A stretch of 53,101 nucleotides of DNA from a virus (IMGVR_UViG_3300042516_003674:1-53101); one strand, 5' to 3'; shown: positions 1-9,682, counted from the first letter of the stretch. Made by a program: numbers and translations. Notes: generated by a model not told the origin, from the letters alone.

Positions 1-1
1 A

Positions 2-325
2 CTCTGCATTCATCCACAAACTCAACAGAGCGAGTATAATATCACTTCTTGGTTTGTTTCAAAAGCGATTAGACAGTTACGAAAAGATACTGAAGTTAAA
101 GCAATCATCTCTTACGCTGATAGTGATTTTCATACTGGCACAATCTATCGCGCTTGTAACTTTAAGTATTGTGGTCTTACAGATCCAAAAAAAGATTTCT
201 ACTATTCAGACGGCACCAAGCATTCACGCGGCAAAATAAAAGGTGCTGAGGGAGAATGGAAAGAACGCTCCCGCAAGCACCGTTATATAATGGTATTTGA
301 TAAGAATCTAAAAGTCTTATGGTGA
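2..325 (+). CDS. Mom-like (GNAT-fold) DNA modification protein, 5'-truncated by window edge
   Basis: Frame +2 is open from base 2 to TGA 323-325 and is absent from the ORF track: ...SWFVSKAIRQLRK...IISYADSDFHTGTIYRACNFKYCG...RKHRY; the SYAD-x3-HxGxIYxAxNF motif is typical of Mu Mom homologues. Confidence 0.75.
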   Translation, partial: LCIHPQTQQSEYNITSWFVSKAIRQLRKDTEVKAIISYADSDFHTGTIYRACNFKYCGLTDPKKDFYYSDGTKHSRGKIKGAEGEWKERSRKHRYIMVFDKNLKVLW

Positions 326-967
326 GGTATTTAAAGTATTTTCTGTTCTAATTAATTTGGTATTAATATACCTTGAAGATTTTTCATAATACATAATTGA
401 ACGAATATCGTCAATATATTGCTGTAAGTATTCTGGTTTCAATATATAAATCGTTCTTTTCTTATTATTTTTATCAATTTCATAATCATAATATGATATT
501 GATATTACTGGATTTAAAGTAATGAATGGATTATCTGGATTTATAATTGTAAAATCTTTATCTACTATTTTACCCGCAGGTAAAATTAATGTTCCATCTT
601 GGGTTCTAACTTCACCAGTTTGATAATATTTTGTCTCATACATTCCTTCTAGTCCGTATTTTTCTTCAACAAAATTATAGAGATCGCGATCTGATAGTGG
701 CCAAGAATCCCGAACATTTATAATGTTTGCAGAAAGTAGAACAACCCAATCTAAATCTGGAGATCCATATAATGTTTCTGCAATATTATCTGGTCTTTCT
801 CCATCTTTGATTTGATATTTATTGAATAATGTAAATACGTTTTGTAAGTCATCACGAAGTTTAACTCTACGAAAAAGATTCTTAACTCTCACATAATTGA
901 GAGAAGAATTTTTAGTTGGTAATTGAGATTGGTACTCAATATCTGGTAGTTCTCTAAAGTAACTCAT
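317..967 (-). CDS. gp53: baseplate wedge subunit (T4 gp53-like)
   Basis: MSYFRELP start, LysM-like GERPDNIAETLYGSPDLDWVVLLSANI, DSWPLS; position next to gp48. Confidence 0.85.
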   Translation of the reverse strand: MSYFRELPDIEYQSQLPTKNSSLNYVRVKNLFRRVKLRDDLQNVFTLFNKYQIKDGERPDNIAETLYGSPDLDWVVLLSANIINVRDSWPLSDRDLYNFVEEKYGLEGMYETKYYQTGEVRTQDGTLILPAGKIVDKDFTIINPDNPFITLNPVISISYYDYEIDKNNKKRTIYILKPEYLQQYIDDIRSIMYYEKSSRYINTKLIRTENTLNTSP

Positions 968-968
968 T

Positions 969-2039
969 TTAATATCCTACTCCTGGACCAGCTTCTTCTG
1001 TATCATAATCCTCATTGTATATTGGACTTAGTTCATTAAAACTGAGAGTCATACTTGTATGAACTGGAGTTCCATCAGAATATGTTGAATAATTTCCCGA
1101 TGCGGTATAATTCAAACTAACATTAGTTAGGGCACAGGTTTTAAATGCATTTAAGAATGGGTGATCTGCGTTTCCACTTTTATATTTAATTTCAAATACA
1201 TCTGGAGCACTGATTAATAGTCCCGATCCAGGTCCACCAAAAGAACTTGTTTTTGGTGTCATAGCTTTTTTAAATTCTCTAATTATTTTTTTAACAACTT
1301 GACCTTCATAAGAGTCTCTTGGAGCAAACTCGAAGGTAAAATCAAATGTTCTTAACATTGGACCACTAAACAATAATTCTAAGTTTGGATTTACTACTGC
1401 TCCCGTTGTTCTTTTTAGTAACCCATTAACTGATACATTTCCACCTAAACTATTGATGATTTTTTTAGTTGCTGCTGAGATTGTTGCTTTTTGACCGTCA
1501 CCAGTTTGAATTGTTCCTATTGCACTATCATAGGCATCTTTCAATATACTTCCAATGTTTCCTGGATTTTCAATTAATCCTCCAACTGATTCAGCTCCTA
1601 ATGCAGATAAAGGATCTATTCTATCTGGTCCCCAATCTACAGAAATTCCGTCAACTAATTGTTTTGGTATTGGAAGGTGAATATATTTTACTGGATTTCT
1701 AATTGATCCAGATTCTTTATTTCTTATTGCCGATGTTGAGGTCCCAATTTTTAAAGTACCAGATTGTGCATTAAGACCTGGAGGTAAATACTTTACTATT
1801 TTAATTTCAAGCCAATCACTAGTATCTTCTAACTGTGCATATGGATATCTGAGTGGTGTGTTATCTGGGAGAGGTTTAGCAACACTTGCATTGCCATTGA
1901 CATATTCACTTAAGGGTTTAATGTTTGAAACATTTGAATATGAAATATTACCATTTGCAGGAGTAACATTATTGCTATTGCTACTGCTTAAATCTATACT
2001 ATTTTGAGCTAATGTGTACCCAAAAACTGGATCGGCCAT
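969..2039 (-). CDS. gp48: baseplate tail-tube cap (T4 gp48-like)
   Basis: LRYP, NPNLELLFSGPMLRTFDFTFEFAPR, PDVFEIKY, CALTNVSLNYT, MTLSFNELSPI motifs. Confidence 0.85.
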   Translation of the reverse strand: MADPVFGYTLAQNSIDLSSSNSNNVTPANGNISYSNVSNIKPLSEYVNGNASVAKPLPDNTPLRYPYAQLEDTSDWLEIKIVKYLPPGLNAQSGTLKIGTSTSAIRNKESGSIRNPVKYIHLPIPKQLVDGISVDWGPDRIDPLSALGAESVGGLIENPGNIGSILKDAYDSAIGTIQTGDGQKATISAATKKIINSLGGNVSVNGLLKRTTGAVVNPNLELLFSGPMLRTFDFTFEFAPRDSYEGQVVKKIIREFKKAMTPKTSSFGGPGSGLLISAPDVFEIKYKSGNADHPFLNAFKTCALTNVSLNYTASGNYSTYSDGTPVHTSMTLSFNELSPIYNEDYDTEEAGPGVGY

Positions 2040-2053
2040 TTATCTTTTTCTAA

Positions 2054-2449
2054 CTATTTATTTTTAATTTTTGCAAAAGGTAATGCTTGCAAATCTTTTA
2101 GTTCTGCTGGATAAACTATATGTAAAGATCCAACAATTTCTTCCCAGGTGTACTGCCTCACTTCACCCCAATGAAAATTAATTCCTCTAAATCCCCATTT
2201 GAATATATCAGTCACTGCAACAAATGGATGAGCATCATATTGTATATTTTCTGTTTTTGGTGAATATACAAAAACATAAAATCCACCAACATTTGGAACT
2301 AATTCTGTTTCATTAAGGACTTCAAGAACTTTTAACATTAAATCATCAGAATTTTCATTACCAATTAGTCTACTATGTATTTGACGTATTCTATTTCTTT
2401 TATTATCTGTATTTTTAGATCTTTGTTGACTTAGTGTTTTTCTTGGCAT
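2054..2449 (-). CDS. DNA end protector-like protein (short gp2-like)
   Basis: GGFYVFVYSPK...YDAHP...GFRGINFHW resembles the gp2 core; adjacent to gp4. Confidence 0.6.
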   Translation of the reverse strand: MPRKTLSQQRSKNTDNKRNRIRQIHSRLIGNENSDDLMLKVLEVLNETELVPNVGGFYVFVYSPKTENIQYDAHPFVAVTDIFKWGFRGINFHWGEVRQYTWEEIVGSLHIVYPAELKDLQALPFAKIKNK

Positions 2450-2450
2450 T

Positions 2451-2891
2451 TTAATACTTAATATTTAATTCATTTTCTGTAAGAATTTTAAATCCATACT
2501 GTCTATCTTTACACCATTCTCTTGCATATTCCCATTTTGATTGGTTTTTTGCATATTCCATTACTTCAGATATATATGCTTTCGTCTTTCTTTTTGGTTC
2601 TTTAGGTGGAGATAATTGTTTATATGGTTTTATTTCAACAAGATATTTTTGAATTGACCCATCAAACATTTGTTCTTTTACATAAAAATCTGGAAAATAA
2701 CGATGGGGTCGATTATCGAGTGGGGATTTGTACCATATAAAGATTTCTTCACTCGACCACTCTAAAATATGATCATTTAGGTCAAGATATTTCATATATT
2801 TTCTTTCCCACAAAGATCTCCAAACAACTTGTGTCGGATCTCCTTTATATTTTTGTGGGTTTTTTAATTTGTATTTTCCTTTATATGACAT
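2451..2891 (-). CDS. gp4: head completion nuclease (T4 gp4-like, TnsA-type endonuclease fold)
   Basis: YKGKYKLKNPQKYKGDPT, RSLWER, WSSEE, HRYFPDF, VEIKP, NQSKW motifs. Confidence 0.92.
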   Translation of the reverse strand: MSYKGKYKLKNPQKYKGDPTQVVWRSLWERKYMKYLDLNDHILEWSSEEIFIWYKSPLDNRPHRYFPDFYVKEQMFDGSIQKYLVEIKPYKQLSPPKEPKRKTKAYISEVMEYAKNQSKWEYAREWCKDRQYGFKILTENELNIKY

Positions 2892-2930
2892 CTAAATAAT
2901 TACATAATAAAACCTATTAAAGGTATTTAG
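2892..2930. promoter_or_regulatory. pair of oppositely oriented T4-type late promoters
   Basis: CTAAATA on + (2892-2898) and TATTTAG (CTAAATA on -, 2924-2930) in the 40-bp gap between divergent genes. Confidence 0.6.
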
Positions 2931-2931
2931 A

Positions 2932-3681
2932 GTGCCTATAAAAAGACCAATATCCAGATTCAAAAAAACTCTTACTAATCTTGCACAAACATCTCATTAT
3001 CAAGTGATAATGGATGTTCCCTACCCTGTGAGAAGATATTTGCTTGAAAGAGGTATTGATCCTTTTTTTATAACTGAAAGTGTGGGTATATTGTGCTCTT
3101 CTGCTGCTTTACCAGGAAGTTCCTTTGCAACATCAGATATTGTCGGTAATTTTACTGGTGTTGTTGAAAAAATGGCACATACAAGGTCTTTTACTCAAAT
3201 AGATCTTGAATTTTATGTAGATAAGGAATATAAAGTTCTAAAATTTTTAGAACATTGGATGGAATTCATATCCAGTGGTTCTAATGTTAATCCCGGTAAA
3301 GATGGTTATTATTTTAGGATGAAATATCCAATTGAGTATAAAACAAATCGTACAAGAATTATAAAATTTGATAGAGATTATAAGTCTGAGATAGAATATA
3401 CTTTTTTTGGATTATTTCCATTATCTCTTAACAGTATTGGAGTTTCTTATGATTCTTCGGGAATTTTAAAAGCAGGTGCAACCTTTAGTTTTGATAGGTA
3501 TGTTTGTGGTCCAATAACAAACTTTGATTTCTTTAAAAATATTAATTTTAATAACATAATAAACAGAGACACTAATCAAAGAACTGTATATAGAACAGGA
3601 CAGTCTCTTGGAAATGAAAGCGGTGTAAGACCTGTATTAATTCAACCAGGAAATGTTAATCCTACTGTATTAGTCAGATAA
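2932..3681 (+). CDS. tail-tube family protein (gp19/gp54-like tube initiator)
   Basis: LCSSAALPGSSFAT, RSFTQIDLEFYVD, FLEHWMEFI, FFGLFPLSLNSI motifs. Confidence 0.7.
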   Translation: MPIKRPISRFKKTLTNLAQTSHYQVIMDVPYPVRRYLLERGIDPFFITESVGILCSSAALPGSSFATSDIVGNFTGVVEKMAHTRSFTQIDLEFYVDKEYKVLKFLEHWMEFISSGSNVNPGKDGYYFRMKYPIEYKTNRTRIIKFDRDYKSEIEYTFFGLFPLSLNSIGVSYDSSGILKAGATFSFDRYVCGPITNFDFFKNINFNNIINRDTNQRTVYRTGQSLGNESGVRPVLIQPGNVNPTVLVR

Positions 3682-3709
3682 ATAATTTTACTGAATTTTG
3701 TAGGATATT

Positions 3710-4429
3710 ATGCCTTTACCAAAAGTTTCTACCCCAACTTATGAGTTGGAAATACCGTCAACTGGAAAAAAAATTACATATAGACCTTTCTTAGTTAAGG
3801 AAGAAAAGGTTCTTATTATTGCTATGGAAAGTGAAGATCAAAAGCAAATAACCAATGCGGTTAAAAACGTAATATCTAATTGTATTGTAACTAAGGGTAT
3901 TAAAGTAGAAAATCTTGCAACTTTTGATATTGAATACTTGTTTTTAAATATTCGCGGAAAATCAGTTGGAGAAACTGTTGAAGTTCTTGTAACTTGTCCG
4001 GATGATGGGGAAACAAAAATTCCTATTGAAATTAATCTAGATGATATTAAAGTACAATCTCATAAGGATCATAGTAAAGACATTAAACTTGATGAAAATC
4101 TCATTTTGAGAATGAAATATCCATCTATGAATGAATTTATTAAGAATAATTTTAATAATGTAAATGGAGTTTCAATTGATGAGACATTTGATTTGATTTG
4201 CTCTTGTATAGAGCAAGTTTATTCTGAAGAAGAATCTTGGTCTGCATCTGATTGCAGTAAAAAAGAACTGATAGATTTTCTTGATCAATTGTCTCCTAAT
4301 CAATTTAAGAGTATTGAGAAGTTTTTTGAAACAATGCCAAAACTTTCCCATACTATTAAATTCATAAATCCAAAGACTAAAGTTGAAAATGAAGTTGTTT
4401 TAGAAGGGTTACCTGATTTTTTCGTGTAG
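3710..4429 (+). CDS. gp26: baseplate hub assembly chaperone (T4 gp26-like)
   Basis: MPLPK..PTYELEIPSTGKKITYRPFLVKEEK, DIEYLFLNIRGKSVGE, FFETMPKL, LEGLPDFF; ATAAATA late promoter at 3678-3684. Confidence 0.9.
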   Translation: MPLPKVSTPTYELEIPSTGKKITYRPFLVKEEKVLIIAMESEDQKQITNAVKNVISNCIVTKGIKVENLATFDIEYLFLNIRGKSVGETVEVLVTCPDDGETKIPIEINLDDIKVQSHKDHSKDIKLDENLILRMKYPSMNEFIKNNFNNVNGVSIDETFDLICSCIEQVYSEEESWSASDCSKKELIDFLDQLSPNQFKSIEKFFETMPKLSHTIKFINPKTKVENEVVLEGLPDFFV

Positions 4430-4431
4430 CT

Positions 4432-4605
4432 ATGGCGCATGAGGATCTTGCGTCATATTATAAGGTAAACTTTGCTCTGATTCAGCACCATAAATATAGT
4501 TTGACAGAGTTAGAAGATATGATTCCTTGGGAGAGGGAGGTTTATCTTTCTTTTCTCCAACAATTTATTGAAGAAGAAAACTTAAAAAATAAGGTAAATG
4601 GTTGA
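4432..4605 (+). CDS. gp51: baseplate hub assembly catalyst (small gp51-like ORF, 57 aa)
   Basis: Translated by hand: MAHEDLASYYKVNFALIQHHKYSLTELEDMIPWEREVYLSFLQQFIEEENLKNKVNG; below the ORF-track cutoff. Confidence 0.85.
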   Translation: MAHEDLASYYKVNFALIQHHKYSLTELEDMIPWEREVYLSFLQQFIEEENLKNKVNG

Positions 4606-6343
4606 GATCTCATCACCACTATCCAGAGAAAATAGAATTCAGATATCCAGATCTAGTAATATTTCCGGATTAGTAGGAGATAGGGCTTCCATATTATCTC
4701 AAAATCCAGTAGGTTCTCCGAGAAATACTGGACCAGATCCAGAAACATTAAAAATATTAGAAGCGAATCAAAATTCTTTAAATATTGTATCTTCAGGAAT
4801 AGTTTCTTTAAGGCAAAGACTTGATATTCTTTCAAGTTCTTTGTCTTCTTTATCATCTATTATAAGTAATAATACTATACTTGAAAATTTTAGAGAAAAC
4901 CAAAGAGCTGATCAAGAAAGAAGGCTTGCTGAGCAAGCAATTAGAGATGAATCTGAAGCAGCAATAGAAAGAAAAATTCAATCTTCTATTGGAAAACCCG
5001 TTCAAAATATTGCACAGAATACGACATCAAAATTAAATTCTTTGATGGGTGCATTTTCCAAATTATTCCTTGGGTGGTTAGGATTTCAAGGAATATCTTC
5101 TATACAATCACAAATATTTGGAAATTCTAAAAAGTTATCTTTTGTTAAAGAATTAGTATCAAATAGTCTCAGTACTGTAAAAAATGTGCTCTTAGGGATA
5201 AGAGATGGATTTGAAAATATAACATCTAAACTAGTAAATATTACATCTAAAGTTTCCAAGGTAGTAACGGGTGGATTAATTGTAAATCCATTCAAAGCTT
5301 TATTTCCAGGTAAATCTGTCGCAGCAAAGGCAGGAGCAGAAGGAGCAGAGGCAGTAGCAAAGGCAGCAACATCTGCAGGGTCTGATGTAGCATCAAAAAC
5401 TGGAGCAGAAGCAGCAGAAGCATTAACGAAGGCAGGAACATCTGCAGGGTCTGATGTAGCATCAAAAACTGGAGCAGAAGCAGCAGAAGCAGTAACAAAA
5501 GGTGGATTGTTGAAATCTGGTGCTAAAAGACTTGTACCTCTTGCAAATATTCCAATAAGCGCATATTTTGCTCAAAAAAATTTGAAAGAAGGTGATATTC
5601 TCGGTGCTGGATTTGATGTTGGTGGGATGTTTCCTGGACTTTTAGGATGGGCTTCTTTAGGTGGTGGCGCTTTGTATGAAACTATGACCAAGGGTGGAAT
5701 AAAAGGTATTCCAAATATGTCGGATATATTTAAGAATCAATCGCAAAATTCTACACCTACTTCCAGTTCTTCAACATCTACGGATCAACAAATATCCAGT
5801 AATATAACTTCTTCACAAAATAGTTTGGTTGAATCATCAACTGAACAAATGCCAATAATTTCTCCAGAGCAGATATCTTTAGGATCAGAAAAAATTGCTG
5901 AGCAAGTTACTCCTAAGGCAAATCTTGCATTTAATTTTGGTGAACAAATAACTAATATTAATAATAAAGTATTTTCAACTTCTAATGATGAAAATCAAAA
6001 TCTTGCTATGTCTATGCCATCTATTTTAGGTATGAAAGAAGAATCTAAAATGGAAGACTCTAAGTATTCTGAATATTTAGAATCACCTAATGAAAAACCT
6101 AATATAGATTCTATTCAAAAATCATCACCTATTGTTGAAAATATTCCCAAAAAAGAACCTTCGATTGGACCTACTACAAAGTCTCAACCAAATATTATTG
6201 TTACTCCAATACCACAAAATCAACAAACTACACAAAGATCTTCGCCATCGTCAGGTCCTGCAAGTGATGTCCCAGCAATTCCATCATCTAATGCTGAGAA
6301 TTTTTATGCATTGTATTCAAAAGTACATTATAATATAGTATAA
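4598..6343 (+). CDS. tape-measure/baseplate-hub-like virion protein
   Basis: Coiled-coil N-terminus, Ala/Gly-rich amphipathic middle, S/P/Q-rich tail; follows gp26/gp51. Confidence 0.5.
   Translation: MVEISSPLSRENRIQISRSSNISGLVGDRASILSQNPVGSPRNTGPDPETLKILEANQNSLNIVSSGIVSLRQRLDILSSSLSSLSSIISNNTILENFRENQRADQERRLAEQAIRDESEAAIERKIQSSIGKPVQNIAQNTTSKLNSLMGAFSKLFLGWLGFQGISSIQSQIFGNSKKLSFVKELVSNSLSTVKNVLLGIRDGFENITSKLVNITSKVSKVVTGGLIVNPFKALFPGKSVAAKAGAEGAEAVAKAATSAGSDVASKTGAEAAEALTKAGTSAGSDVASKTGAEAAEAVTKGGLLKSGAKRLVPLANIPISAYFAQKNLKEGDILGAGFDVGGMFPGLLGWASLGGGALYETMTKGGIKGIPNMSDIFKNQSQNSTPTSSSSTSTDQQISSNITSSQNSLVESSTEQMPIISPEQISLGSEKIAEQVTPKANLAFNFGEQITNINNKVFSTSNDENQNLAMSMPSILGMKEESKMEDSKYSEYLESPNEKPNIDSIQKSSPIVENIPKKEPSIGPTTKSQPNIIVTPIPQNQQTTQRSSPSSGPASDVPAIPSSNAENFYALYSKVHYNIV
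5369..5491 (+). repeat. 69-bp (23-aa) in-frame tandem duplication
   Basis: ACATCTGCAGGGTCTGATGTAGCATCAAAAACTGGAGCAGAAGCAGCAGAAGCA at 5369 and 5438. Confidence 0.9.
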
Positions 6344-6345
6344 AA

Positions 6346-8349
6346 ATGGCAACAAAAAATTTACTTTACAAATCTCTCATAAATGTTAGGAATATTACTA
6401 AGGAAGTTTTTTCTTTAAGTAACGAAGCGAATAATTCAAATAAGTATGTCGCAAAAATTGGAAAAAATGTAAATCAGAATACGACTTTAAAGAGAAAATC
6501 TATAATATCAGATTCAGTGTTGTATAGAAGAAAAGTTGAGTCGGTAAGAAGAAAAAAACAAGAAGGAATTATAGAATTATCAAAAGTTGGATCTATATTT
6601 AAAGCTCCCGGTAAAGCGTTGGCTGATACTGGGCAAGGAATTTTAAGCAGAATTATGAATGTTGCTGGTACAGTTATGGCGGGTTGGTTAGTTTATAATT
6701 TACCAACAATTGCAGGAATGGCACAGGAGTTAACCGCTAGAGTGTTTAGATTGACACAAATATTGGGAACATTTTTACCAAATATTACATCGGGATTTTC
6801 TAGCTTTGGTGAACTAATAGGAGCCTATGCGCAAAATTTTGTAAGTCTTGATTTCAAAGATAGTAAGGGTAGAGTTGAAAAAGCTATGATAAATCTCCAG
6901 AATTCTTTTTCTGGAATGTCTACATCTTTTGATGAAGTTTTAATGTTAATCACCACACCATTGACAGAACCATTAGAAGGTCCGGGAGCACCTCCATTTA
7001 ATACTGATTACAGTAAACAGGGTCAAGGGGGAACTGCTTTACCTGACCAAAATAGTCCCGAAATGTATCGAATTGCTGCTGCATTGTCTACGGAAGGTAG
7101 TGGGGCACAATCATCCGCAGATATGATGCAAGTAGTTGTGAACAGAAAAGCAACGGGAAGATATGGTGCAACATATACAGATATTCTTGCAGCTCCTAGT
7201 CAATTTGCTGGAGTCAGTCAGGCAAGGAGTGCCTCTTCTTTTAAGAAAATTCAGACATTAAAAGATGCATCAAAATGGTCGGGTCAAAGTGAAAATACTC
7301 TTTTAGGAATCATTAAAAATATTCAAGATCCAACATTGCAAGCAAACGCGGCAAAACATGTTGGTGGTGCTTTAGAGTTTAGAGCTCAACCGGGATACTA
7401 TAAAAAATATGGACTAGTTCGTGGAGAAATGGGTCCAGATGGAAGATTTTACAATTCTGCTTGGCGTGGTGGTCCAGGAGATAATCAATTCCTCAAAGAT
7501 CCCAAAAAAGATCCTATTAGACCAGAGGGTCCAGCTTCTTTTAATTTACCTGAACCAATACAACCGCCATCATCAAAAACAACACCATCCCCAAGATCAG
7601 CACCTCCAGTAAATAATTTGGAATTAATTCCACAAACTGGGAAAGGAGGATTTGTTCAGGGTGGGTCCAGTGCTCCCGGAAACGAATTGACATATGCAAC
7701 TCACTTTCACGTAGATTTAAAAACTCCAAATTATACTGCAGAGGGACTGGCAAGAATTCGTGAAGTTGCTTTTCAGGCAGTAAAAGCTATGCAGGCAAGA
7801 GGATCATATGTAACTTTTGGAAATATACCTGGATATCCTGTTGCAAGTAAAAATGATTCTACGTTAAGATCTCAAATTTTACAAGAACAACAAGGGCATA
7901 GGTCTAGAAGTAGTCCCGGAATTGATCTTCAAGAACACAATTCCAATATCCAAAGAACATTTCCTTCCCAACCAGGATCTAAAACTAAGTTTCCTTTTGC
8001 TGTTGGTTCTGTTTACTGGAGAAAAGGATATGGAAGGGAGGCAGAAATTATTGGATCTGGTGGAGTTACTGTTTCTCACGGTGCTCCAGGATCATCTTCC
8101 AGTGAAATTCAATCTCCACCAAAGCCAGCCCCAGCACAAATACAAGCAAAACCAAGACCATCAATTTCCGACAGAATATCTAAACCTCAAGAAACTGAAT
8201 CTTACGTTGTTCCGTTTATATATCCTCAACAACAAGTGCAACAGGCAGCTCCTCCATCGATGTTTTTACAACAGCAAAGTTTTGGGGTTAATAGTTCGTT
8301 AAATAGTTTTATCGATAAAAAAATACTTTTAGATTTGGCTTATACCTAA
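6346..8349 (+). CDS. tail-associated protein with SleB-like cell-wall hydrolase and M23-like domains
   Basis: IAAALSTEG...QVVVNR...DILAAPSQF (Hydrolase_2-like); HFHVD, GIDL, GYG...SHG (M23-like motifs). Confidence 0.6.
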   Translation: MATKNLLYKSLINVRNITKEVFSLSNEANNSNKYVAKIGKNVNQNTTLKRKSIISDSVLYRRKVESVRRKKQEGIIELSKVGSIFKAPGKALADTGQGILSRIMNVAGTVMAGWLVYNLPTIAGMAQELTARVFRLTQILGTFLPNITSGFSSFGELIGAYAQNFVSLDFKDSKGRVEKAMINLQNSFSGMSTSFDEVLMLITTPLTEPLEGPGAPPFNTDYSKQGQGGTALPDQNSPEMYRIAAALSTEGSGAQSSADMMQVVVNRKATGRYGATYTDILAAPSQFAGVSQARSASSFKKIQTLKDASKWSGQSENTLLGIIKNIQDPTLQANAAKHVGGALEFRAQPGYYKKYGLVRGEMGPDGRFYNSAWRGGPGDNQFLKDPKKDPIRPEGPASFNLPEPIQPPSSKTTPSPRSAPPVNNLELIPQTGKGGFVQGGSSAPGNELTYATHFHVDLKTPNYTAEGLARIREVAFQAVKAMQARGSYVTFGNIPGYPVASKNDSTLRSQILQEQQGHRSRSSPGIDLQEHNSNIQRTFPSQPGSKTKFPFAVGSVYWRKGYGREAEIIGSGGVTVSHGAPGSSSSEIQSPPKPAPAQIQAKPRPSISDRISKPQETESYVVPFIYPQQQVQQAAPPSMFLQQQSFGVNSSLNSFIDKKILLDLAYT

Positions 8350-9674
8350 TGTCAGTAAAAAAATCTATATACGAACAATTTTTTATAGAATCGGACGATA
8401 AATCAAAAACAGTTGATATTTCGCAAGGTGTTGTTTCGTTTGATTACTATGAAGATATTTTTTCACCTACAGTTACTGCCAAAGTAATGGTAGTTAATAC
8501 TGGAAATACCATTAAAGGTAAGGATGGAAAATTACAATCAATTTATAATGGATTGCCTTTAAGAGGTGGTGAGAGAGTTGCTATAAAAGTAGCAGGAAAT
8601 TCCCCAACAAATCCTGGACTTGATTTTGCAACAAATAGTAAAGATTCTTTATATGTTTCTAGTATTTCTAATTTAGTTAGCGAAACTCAGAGAGAAAGTT
8701 TTGTTCTAAATTTAGTTTCAAAAGAAGCATTGATTAATGAAACTACAAGAGTACCTAAAAAATTTTCTTCGAGTTCAACAATAGATTCTTCAGTTACTTC
8801 TATTTTAAAAAATTATTTGAAAACAGATAATATTGGAAAAATAGATAAAACTTCAAATAAGTATGGTTTTATAGGAAATTTAAGAAAACCATTTAGCATT
8901 TTAGTGTGGTTAGCATCAAAGGCAGTTCCAAGTATATCTGGTGATGGAACAGCAGGATTTTTATTTTATCAATCTAAAGATGGATTTCAGTTTAGATCTA
9001 TTGATAATTTGATTATGGAGAGTTCAAAAGCATCTTATACTTATACTGAGGTCAATCAATCAAATATTGAAAGAAATAATGATTTTAACATACTAAAGTA
9101 CAAAACAGTAAGAAATCAAAATCTTTTAGAAAAGTTGAGATTAGGTGCATATTCTAGCACTAGAGTTTTTTATAATCCATTAACTTTTGAATTTACTAGT
9201 CCAAGTAAAGGGTTGTTTAAACTAAGTGATTATTCTAGTAAATTAAAAAATCTAGGCGATGATTTAAGTCTTCCTAAAGTATTAGATTCCTCTAATAATA
9301 GAGGTGGATTAGGAAATATCCCAACAAGAATTTTTACACAAATACTAGATATTGGGACAGTTGAGAAGGATGTTTCCACTGATATAAATGCAGATCCATC
9401 GAAATATCAATCTCAATCTATTATGAGGTATAATACATTATTCACACAATCTTTAAGTGTAACTATACCATCGAATACTAATCTAAGAGCTGGTGATATT
9501 ATTGAATGCCAATTTCCAAAAATTTCATTTTCGAATAGTAAGGAATTTGATGATGACCAAAGTGGGCTATATATGATAAAAGAACTTTGCCATCATTTTG
9601 ACACTGAAGGTTCATATACTTCTATGGAACTTGTCAGAGATACTTTTGGAAAACATGGTAAAAATAATAAGTAG
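8349..9674 (+). CDS. baseplate hub protein (gp27/GPD-like)
   Basis: FDYYEDIFSPTVTA, FLFYQSKDGFQFRSID, LRAGDII, SGLYMIKELCH...LVRD. Confidence 0.7.
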   Translation: MSVKKSIYEQFFIESDDKSKTVDISQGVVSFDYYEDIFSPTVTAKVMVVNTGNTIKGKDGKLQSIYNGLPLRGGERVAIKVAGNSPTNPGLDFATNSKDSLYVSSISNLVSETQRESFVLNLVSKEALINETTRVPKKFSSSSTIDSSVTSILKNYLKTDNIGKIDKTSNKYGFIGNLRKPFSILVWLASKAVPSISGDGTAGFLFYQSKDGFQFRSIDNLIMESSKASYTYTEVNQSNIERNNDFNILKYKTVRNQNLLEKLRLGAYSSTRVFYNPLTFEFTSPSKGLFKLSDYSSKLKNLGDDLSLPKVLDSSNNRGGLGNIPTRIFTQILDIGTVEKDVSTDINADPSKYQSQSIMRYNTLFTQSLSVTIPSNTNLRAGDIIECQFPKISFSNSKEFDDDQSGLYMIKELCHHFDTEGSYTSMELVRDTFGKHGKNNK

Positions 9675-9682
9675 TAGGTTAT

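Noticed and set aside
54-239. 61-aa ORF in the supplied track
   Set aside because: Out-of-frame shadow of the Mom-like gene in frame +2
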